UHGV virus genome: UHGV-1368455
DNA: 64,000 bases
Strand: one strand, 5' to 3'
Origin: a virus
This document shows positions 18,090 to 27,600 of the stretch, in pieces. Within the stretch, counting starts at the first letter, position 1; every line of letters begins with the position of its first letter. A program made the position numbers and the translations under genes. The notes beneath the pieces are model-generated. The model ran no database searches. It had not been told where the DNA came from and saw only the letters and a program-made list of their open reading frames with translations.

Positions 18090-21000
18090 ATGAAAAGTAA
18101 AATTATATATTTAGGTAAAGTTAGTATTACTTGTGAAAAACTATGGGATGTTAAAAGACAATACGATAGACTTTGTCTTGTTCATGATGGTTATTTTGCA
18201 AGTTATTTAAGTCGTAAGAGAGTACCGTCTGGTACTCCTCTTACGAATACAGAATATTGGCAACCTATTGCTAATCTTCGTGATGATGTTAAACTCAATT
18301 ATGAAGAGTTTAAGAAATTTATTAATGAACAAGTTGAAGCTATATGGGATTATACACATCATTTAGTTCCTGAAGTTAATTGGGATGATGTAGCTAATCT
18401 TGTTATAGAACTTGTTAACGATATGGTTGCCAATGGTAAACTTAAAGTTGGTATTATTGCTGTTGCTAAACGAGAGGATTTGGATAGTAGAGAAGACCTT
18501 AAGGTTGATGGTTCATTTGTCTATGTTACCGAAACTAATCGTTACTATACTTATAATAAAGATGAATGGTATGAAATGCCATTGTTCTATATTGGAGAAA
18601 ATGAGCCTAATATAAACTTTTGGATTGACCCTCAAGAAAATTATTCTGTTAACGGTAATGATGATGAAATGATTACTGCTATACAGAATGCTTTATCTGA
18701 ACTGCAATCACAAGTTAAGACGCTTAATGGTTTAATTACTATTGGTATTATACCTGGAAATATTAGTAGCGGTTATCGTCAAGTTCTTATGGCTTCTGCT
18801 GAACCCGAAAAACCTGAAGACGCTCCAGATATTGAAGATGAGGATGAAGATAAACCTGATGTTGAACCTGCTGAACACACTGTTACTTGTGTATGCGCTA
18901 AGATGGATACCGCCACTAATTTTACGGCTAATAAAGCTGATTTAGTCGATGGCGAAATTATATTTTATACTGATAGAAAAAAGTTTGCTGTTTATTATGG
19001 TGGTAAATTTTATGTTTCTGGTAGTGGAGACGGAGGTGATGGTGGAGGAGGTATCAGTATTGATGACCTTTATTCTCTTAATCTCGAACGTTTACAATTT
19101 ACTAATGGTAAAGAAAATTTCCGAGTTACTGTTGATGATAACGGTAATTGGTCTATAAGACCTTATGATGAAACTATTAATAAAGTTGGCAATCCTGACG
19201 ATACTTGGGGCAATTATATTAGTCAATATCTTTGTATAAATAGTATTTATTGTGGAGGTACAGGCGGAGAAGAATGTGTTTGTACTCATAATTATGTTGA
19301 ACTTGCAAATGCCAGCAATAAAGATATTAATCTTAATGGATTATATCTTTTATATACTGATGGTACTAAAGAATCATCATCCGACATAGGATATAAATGG
19401 GACGTTCTTTCTCTTGAAGGAGTTATTAAAGCAGGAAGTACTTTTGTAATAAAAGGTGCTGAATGTAATACTAAAAAGAATGCTTTTATTACTGTTGACT
19501 CTTACGATATGATATGGAAGAAAGATGGTGAACCAATTTCTTTCAATCAAGGCCCTGCAAGTTTTTATCTTTGTGCTGGCGATGGTTTTCAAGAATATCT
19601 TGATAACAAAACTTTGAATAATCCTTGGGAAAGTAAAACAACGAAAGTTGGTTATATTGATTCTTGTGGTTTTGGTACTGGTTCTGTTGGCGAAGGTAGT
19701 GCTACATTTACAGTTAGTGAAGATTGGAATAAACTTCTTTTTGTTCGTTGGTTTATGCTTGAACCTGCTAAACAAGGGAATAAAGCTTATGCTTCACGTA
19801 AGACTACTGACCTTTGGACTTATATTAATATAGAAAAACAAACTACAAATCTTGGTAATAGTATTCAATATTATTATCCAGATGATATTAAAGCTAAATA
19901 TACTCCTATGGCAAGTTATCTTGGAAAAACGTTTTTTAGTAATAAGAATCTTTTTAATGATAAACATGCTAATTATATTAATATGACTTTTGGTATTCAA
20001 GCTACTGATAATGGAGAAGGTGCTACTCGTTGTTTTAACTGGATTTCAGTTGGTTACTATGATGAGTTTGTAGAATATCGTAAAGTTGGTGATAACGAAT
20101 GGATTAAAACTTATAGTATAACTGATAATAATGTTTCTAATCCTGCATGGATTACTAAATTTATTGAACATTATAAACGATTTAGATGGGCTACAAGTGA
20201 CGGCACTTGGGTTACTACTCATAAATGTATTATTAAAGGTCTTACTAAAGGCGATTATGAATATCGTATTGGTCGTGATAATAATAATTTATATACAAGC
20301 GATATTCTTAATTTTACTGTTGTAGCAGATGAAGATGTTTCTAATTTTAGTTTTTTACATATTAGTGACCAACAAGGATTTAATTGGGCTGAATATACAG
20401 CTTGGTGGAAAACTGCTTACGTTATTAAACGTGATGAAACTGATTATGATTTCTTTATTAATACAGGCGATATAACTCAATCTGGTAATCGTCCTAATGA
20501 ATGGCTCGATTATTATACTGGTAAGAAACTTAATATAGATAAAGTTGAAATGTTTACCATTGGTAATAATGATCTTTGTGGTCATGTTAGTACTGAACTT
20601 ACCGATGGTGAAGATGCTACATCTAAATATTCTCATATTAATGTTCTTCGTTATTTCTGTTTTGAACTTGATGTTAATAACGAATATTCTTTTGAATGGA
20701 ATGGAGAACAATATCCTATTTATAGTCTTTATTCATTTAATTATGGCAAATATCATTTTGTTTCACTTAATAGTGAAATTGCTATTGCCACAAGTAAAAT
20801 GTATAAAGATTGGGAGAGTAATTCTTATCAAGGAGATAGAACTTTTGCAGAAAATGCTAATGCTCATATAGAAGATTGGTTTAAGAAAGACCTTCAAATA
20901 TGGAAAGGTAATGATGATGAACCTATTGATTGTGGCAAATGTATTGTTTATATGCATGAAATGCCATTTACTATTGTTACTTGGAGTTTTATGAATGGTG

Positions 21001-21692
21001 AAAGTGCTCGTGTTGGTTCTCATCTTAATACTCTTAATTCTCGTGGTCTTTATAGATTTAGTCGTTTATTTAAGAAATATGGTATTCGACTTGTACTTGG
21101 AGGTCATAAACATACTTATTCTATAAGCAAACCTATTTATGATGCTCCTGGCAATTATATAGGAGATAATAATCAACCAGCAAGCGATGCAGATATAATG
21201 GGCGAAGTTACTACTGCTGATACTCGTAAACCTGTTATACAAGTAATAAGACAACAAGATATTAAAACTGATGATAACTTTGCTCGTTATGAACTTGTAA
21301 GTAAAATTGATGCTCCCATTTACGTTATGAGTCAAGCCAGTGGTTATAAACTTGTTTCTAATAAAGAGCAACCTTCTGGTCCTCAATATACTATTCCTTG
21401 GCTTCTTGCATATTTTAAAGCTAAAAATAATGCTGCAAGTCCTACTGAAAATGTTGCTCAACACTATCCTATGTATATTAAATATGAGCTTAGTGACACT
21501 ACTATTAAAGTTACAGCCAAACAAGTACAAAATATTTGGGATGTAAATCTTGATAATAATAGTAAGAAATTTGATATGAACAAACAGCTTAATGATACGA
21601 GTGCAAAAATTATGACACTTAGTACTACAAGCGATGAGGATAAAGATGCTTATAATATAACTGATATTGATACATTAACTATAACTTTATAA
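18090..21692 (+). CDS. large virion/tail protein with a lamin-tail domain (about 19260-19470) and a calcineurin-like/purple-acid-phosphatase-like metallophosphoesterase domain (about 20350-21130)
   Basis: LTD-like NYVELANASNKDINLNGLYLLY; phosphoesterase motifs HISDQQG, NTGDITQSGN, IGNNDL, YMHEMPF, LGGHKHTY (GHxH); acidic and Gly-rich linkers. Confidence 0.55.
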   Translation: MKSKIIYLGKVSITCEKLWDVKRQYDRLCLVHDGYFASYLSRKRVPSGTPLTNTEYWQPIANLRDDVKLNYEEFKKFINEQVEAIWDYTHHLVPEVNWDDVANLVIELVNDMVANGKLKVGIIAVAKREDLDSREDLKVDGSFVYVTETNRYYTYNKDEWYEMPLFYIGENEPNINFWIDPQENYSVNGNDDEMITAIQNALSELQSQVKTLNGLITIGIIPGNISSGYRQVLMASAEPEKPEDAPDIEDEDEDKPDVEPAEHTVTCVCAKMDTATNFTANKADLVDGEIIFYTDRKKFAVYYGGKFYVSGSGDGGDGGGGISIDDLYSLNLERLQFTNGKENFRVTVDDNGNWSIRPYDETINKVGNPDDTWGNYISQYLCINSIYCGGTGGEECVCTHNYVELANASNKDINLNGLYLLYTDGTKESSSDIGYKWDVLSLEGVIKAGSTFVIKGAECNTKKNAFITVDSYDMIWKKDGEPISFNQGPASFYLCAGDGFQEYLDNKTLNNPWESKTTKVGYIDSCGFGTGSVGEGSATFTVSEDWNKLLFVRWFMLEPAKQGNKAYASRKTTDLWTYINIEKQTTNLGNSIQYYYPDDIKAKYTPMASYLGKTFFSNKNLFNDKHANYINMTFGIQATDNGEGATRCFNWISVGYYDEFVEYRKVGDNEWIKTYSITDNNVSNPAWITKFIEHYKRFRWATSDGTWVTTHKCIIKGLTKGDYEYRIGRDNNNLYTSDILNFTVVADEDVSNFSFLHISDQQGFNWAEYTAWWKTAYVIKRDETDYDFFINTGDITQSGNRPNEWLDYYTGKKLNIDKVEMFTIGNNDLCGHVSTELTDGEDATSKYSHINVLRYFCFELDVNNEYSFEWNGEQYPIYSLYSFNYGKYHFVSLNSEIAIATSKMYKDWESNSYQGDRTFAENANAHIEDWFKKDLQIWKGNDDEPIDCGKCIVYMHEMPFTIVTWSFMNGESARVGSHLNTLNSRGLYRFSRLFKKYGIRLVLGGHKHTYSISKPIYDAPGNYIGDNNQPASDADIMGEVTTADTRKPVIQVIRQQDIKTDDNFARYELVSKIDAPIYVMSQASGYKLVSNKEQPSGPQYTIPWLLAYFKAKNNAASPTENVAQHYPMYIKYELSDTTIKVTAKQVQNIWDVNLDNNSKKFDMNKQLNDTSAKIMTLSTTSDEDKDAYNITDIDTLTITL

Positions 21693-21693
21693 T

Positions 21694-24600
21694 ATGGGTA
21701 ATATAAAAGTTAAAGGTTCAAATGGAAAATGGAAAGTAGTTGCTTCCAGTAATGCAAAAGGTATTGCCGCCACTAATAGTAAATTTCAGCATGAAGAAAA
21801 TACTATTCCAAATGTTGATTCTGTTCTTGAAAATCATGAAGACCGTGTAAGTAAACTTGAACGTAATGTTTCTTGGTTAGCTAAACATGGCGGAGGTGGT
21901 TCTGGAGGTTCAGGCGGTAGTGGAGGTGGTCCATCTATTGCTGAAGCTACTTGTAAAATAGTCGTTAATAGTGTTGAAAGTGGTGGAGATGTAATTCTTG
22001 ATAATAACGGTCTTACTATTAATCTTCAAGAAATATCTGTACAAGCTACACGAGCATGGACTATTACTATACGTGTGGGTTCTGTTCAAGTTGCGTCAGG
22101 TAATGCTTCATATGTTTCACCTATACTTTCGATACCGTTTTCAACTATTAGTAATGCTCTTACTAATCATACTGGTAATATGTATATTATTGCTTCATAT
22201 GAAGATGAAAATAATGGTATTTATGGTTCAGCATCTTGGAATGGCACTGTTACAGAATCTGTTGTTAATCTTTCAGCTGAAAATGTTTCAGTTGGTTTGA
22301 CAGAAGATGGTGACCTTGAAACAGATATAAGTATTAATTATAGTTATTCGGTTGGTATTATTGGCGATTATACTCTTAAAATAGATGCAGTTAAAGACGG
22401 GTCTACTGTTGCTACTAAAACTTATCCTATAACAATTATTGATACTAATGTTAATAACTTTAGTGTACGTGTTAAAGAACTATTAAGTAGACTTGATGTT
22501 GGAGTTTATAATATTAGTTCTCAATTATATTATAATTCTAACAGTGCTGTACAAAATACAATTAGAACTACTCTTACTCTTGTTAGTAAGAATATTTTGA
22601 TTAGTTCTAATATAATGAGTGAAAGTCAAGAAGAACCTATTGAAGTAAATTTAAGCGGTTCTATTAATCTTGTATGGACTGCTTATCTTCAAGGAGCTGC
22701 TACTTTCCAATATAATTATAAAATAAATGAGACTACTATTAAAGAAGATGCTATTGGTTACTTTGGTCAACAAATTAATGACTTTGTTTCAGTTATAAAT
22801 AAAGAATGGGCTGTTGAAAATCAAATAGTTCCTCTTGTTATTACTGTTAAATCTGGTAGTGATACTGCTACTAAAACTTATTATTTTAAGTTTGTTAAAA
22901 GTAAAGATGTTTTTCTTGCTAAATCTACTACTTCAAAAGGACATCTTCTTAGTGAGTTCTTAGCGAGAAGTTATAACAATGACGAGCAATCTTTTGCAAT
23001 GTCTAATTCTGAATATCTTATTGGAGGTAGTAAGAATATAGTTACATCGCAAATAGATATGTTTAATAAATCTAATCTTGTAGGTATTAAATCTTCTGCT
23101 TCTAATCCTCCTTATCTTAGAATTTCTAATGGTACTCATGCAACTCTTAGTAAATTTAATATAGGTGGTACTGAAAGAAATCTCTCTGATATTATTAGTA
23201 GTGCAAATGGAGATTTTACTATAAGTATTAGTTTCAAAGCTGATTATCATCCTGATGACCAACGCACTATATTAGTATGCGGTAATGTTGATTCCTCTAC
23301 GGGGGAGATTATTACTGGATTAGAGATTGATGTTCACGACGTTTATATTAATACCGCATCTCAACTTCGATTAACTGATAATAATATTAATAATATTGAT
23401 ATTGTATGTGTTCATTCAGATGATGATTATATTGATAGTAGTGGAGAACTTAAAAAAGAACGTCATTATATTATAAAAATATATCTTGAAGGTGCTCTTA
23501 GTGCAGTTACTAACTTATCTACTTTTCCAAATCTTAGCGATATTATTTATCTCGGCGGTAAAGTATATGGAGATGATAATGAAAGTGGTTGGCTTTGTGA
23601 TTGCAATATTTATAATCTTCAAGTTTACGATTATGCTCTTACTGATTTTGATATAGTTACTAATTATATTAATAATAAAGTATCTACTACTTATAAAGAT
23701 GGAGAATTTGATTTTAGTATTATTGATGTTGAGCTTCGTAAAAACTTTTGCGAACGTACTTCTGATGGTGTTGTAAGAAGTTATATTTATCAAAATGGAG
23801 CTTATACTGTTGACTTTTTGCTTGATGGTCCTAATCTTAGTGAAGAAAAACTTAATCAGTATGCAAAAGCTGTTGGTATTTCTGTAATGCTTATTGATGT
23901 TAGCACAGATGATAGTTGGACATTTGAAAACTTTGTTAACCAACAAAGTGCCGATAATGTACAACTTCCAGCTACTTCTGGTAAGACTATTAGTTATTGG
24001 GACCCAACTCAACAGAATACTACTGTTCTTCAAGTTCATAATAGTACTATTGAACTTCAAGGTACTTCTACTCTCGCAGATGCTGTTAAAAATATTAATA
24101 TAACTATTCCAAATGATACTGCATTTATACCTCGAAGCACTTGGTTGCCAGAGCAAACTTATACACTCAAAGCTGATGTTGTAGATAGTTCTCATAGTAA
24201 TAATGCTTCGATTGGTAGATTTATTAATACTGTTCTTAAAGATTATTTCCCATCAGACCCGATTGCAGTTGATAACGTTGAGAATAGTGAATATGTTAAA
24301 AATCAACAACCTACTGCTACTCTTAAACATACTGTTGAAGGATTTCCTATTCTTCTTATTATGAATTTCCATACAACTGAAACTTCTAAAGTATCTACTA
24401 CGCCTCTTGGTATTTATTCTTTCAACCTTGGCCGTGATGCTTTTAGAAATCTTGGTTTTAGAAAAGTTAATCAAATAACTGATAATCTTGGTGCTAAGAT
24501 TAATGTTACTACTTTCCCGTTCCTTGCTGAAGGATGTACTTATGATGAAGATGATAGTAATGCCAATTGGATTGAAATTAAAGATACTACTTCTCTTGCT

Positions 24601-27600
24601 GATATGAGTAAAATTGAAGGTAGTAGTCTTCCTGCTAATTTTGATTCTTCTGTTGGCGATTTTTGGCAAAATGACGATACTATTCTTGACCAACGTTATG
24701 AAGTACGTTATCCACAAGGACGACAAGTAAGTAATTATACTACTTTTAAGAATTTTGTTGGTACAGTTATGAGTCTTCCTATGGAAGGTCTTTATGTTAC
24801 AAAAGATAGAATTGGTAATGTTGACCGTCCAGAAATTACTACAGAATATGACCTTTATAGATATGAAAATGGTTATATAAAAACTGGTAAGAAACAACAA
24901 ATTATTACTGATGTTAACCAGCTTGCTGCTCTTGGATTTAATGCTACTTCAATGTATAAATACTTTGTTATAGCAAACTTTTTTGGACTTGCTGATAACT
25001 TTGGTAAAAATAGTACTTTCCGTAGTTGGCAAAATGGTGATTATTATATTGGGTTCTATGATATGGATACTGCTCTTGGCGGTGGTAATCAAGGTACTCT
25101 TTCTATTGAACCCAATATGTGGATGAAATATCTTAAAAATCAAATTCTTGAAGATAAGAATTATGGATTTGTTGCTGAAACATTTAATAGTGATGATGAA
25201 CTTCGTTTAAGTAATACTGTTTTCTCTGCTAACCATAATAAACTTTGGCTTAGTATGGATACAACACTTATGCGTAGTAAAGTTAATATTACTGAAGTTG
25301 CAGGTACGAGTGCTTATTCTTATTATTGGGATGATTTTAGAGAAACCATATATAATAAAGCTAATGATGCTGGTTATAAAGATATAGCTGAATATTTTGT
25401 TAATGAATTTTATCTTAAACAAACTGGCGATTGTGGCCCTCTTCTGTTTAATCTTGATTATAAACTTAAATATCTTGTTCAGTTTACAGATGATAAATAT
25501 TCTAATACTAAACATCTTAGTAAACTACATGGGCGCAAAGCTGCTTATACTCTTGATTGGTTAAGAAAACATATACTATTTCTTGATAGTGTTTTCTATT
25601 GGAGAAATACTACTCAAAAGTTTAATTATCCTAATGATGTTAACTGTAAAATGTCTTCTACTGTTTATAATACTCCTGAATATATACCTATTAAATCTAA
25701 TGCCGATATTATTATTTATCATAATGTAGGTAATGCTACTCAAACTTATTATTATCTTCCTAAGAATAAAACGGTTTATGTTGATGCTGGTAATAACAAT
25801 AGTGACTCTGAGGTTACTTGGGGTTGTACTAACTCTTCTCAAATTATTGAGATTGGAGATGCAGATAATCCGTTGTCTTTAATGAATATTTATAAACTAT
25901 CTCATACTAATACTGAATTATATATTAATAATCCAGGTCTTACTGCAATGACCGAACTTAATCTTAAAGATAGTAATTCTCTTGCTGCACCGTTTGGACT
26001 TGATTCTTTTCAACCAGAAATTGGAGTTAGTGAAATACGTACTCTTAATTTTGCTAATACCATTTCTCGTTTAATACAAGGCAGTAGACCTACATTTACT
26101 CTTGAACTTGTTAAACATCTTGCTGGCGGTGAAACAGATACTAAATTTACTAAACTTCGTGAAATAGATATAAGTAACTCGCAATGCGTATCTGATATTA
26201 CAATACCTTCTATTCCTCTTAAGCATCTTGCTGTTTATAATAGTGCTTTAACTAATCTTAATCTTGACAATCAAAATTATATTGAGAATGTAGATTTGAC
26301 AGGATGTACAAAACTTATTACAATTACTATTAAAGAATGTGAGTTATATAAAGAATTTAATGTATCTAATCTTAATAACTTACAAGAAGTTAATATAGTT
26401 AATAATCCAAATATAGAAAGTATTATTATTAATGCTTGCTCGAATCTTCAGAAAGTTACTATTCAAAATAATAGCAAATTAAAAACTATTCGTATTACAG
26501 GTTGTAGCAAACTTACTGGTACTTCCGGTACTAATTATTTAACTATTACAGATAATATTGCGCTTACTACTCTCGATTTACAAAATAATACTGCCCTTAC
26601 TACATTTACAATTAGTAATTCTAATCAAGCTAATATTAGTAGTTTAATTCTTAAATGGACTTCTCTTAAATATATACAAGGTGATGGAGTTGATACTTCT
26701 TTACTCGACCTTAGAAAGTTTACTTATGGTAGTGGTATTGACCTGTCTGGAAATAGTGCAGTTGTTGAAATTCAATATCTTAATGATAAATCTAAACCTA
26801 TTACTATTGCTGGTGATTTTCAAAACTGTAAAAAACTTAAACGTATTTATGGTAATCTTATATTAAAACCTGTTTCTGGTCCTTTAGGAGATGGTATGTT
26901 CCGTGGATGTGAAAACTTTAGTGTTCATGGTGATGACTATCGTTGTCTCGGTCCTGCTAAATGGAACAATAAAGATACTCGTGATGATTCAAATCGTGTA
27001 AAAACTATTTGGGAAATACTTTCTAATAGTATTGATAATAAACTTACTAATCCTGAAAAAGATACTACTCGTCCATATTCTAAGATTGCTTGGGATAATA
27101 GTTATGTAGCTGGCGATAAAGTTACTAACTTTAAGATGGGTAACACAAATTATAGTTATATGTTCTATAGAACTCATATTACTCAATTTGATGTATATTA
27201 TATACTATTTGTTATGGCTTTGACTTCTCCAAATAATTTCAGTCTTAATGGAACTTTTAGCGGTCTTGTTCGTAAATCAACTGATGAAGAGAATCCTGAA
27301 TATCAAATATTTCGTTGGTCTAATACTGATAATAATATAATGAACCGCTTTACTTTCTATAAGTGTGATAAACTTACAAGTTACGGGGAACCATTTGCTG
27401 GCGGTAATACATATATACTTTCTCCGGAAGATGATTATCCTATTGAAGATGATGAAGATAATGGAGTATTTAGTCCTCTTATAAATCTCACAAGCGGATA
27501 TCGATTGTTTACTTATGGGTCTATTTCATGCTCTAATAAAGTATATAGAAAAACAAATGGAGATTATAAGATAAGTAGGCTTTCTTATCAAGAATGTGCA

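Noticed and set aside
27368-27380. Additional partial motif hits (TTACGGGGAA at about 27370; AACGGGGTCGG at about 37441)
   Set aside because: Only 6-7 nt of the core match, which lies within chance for GC-richer gene segments; not counted among the 17 copies.
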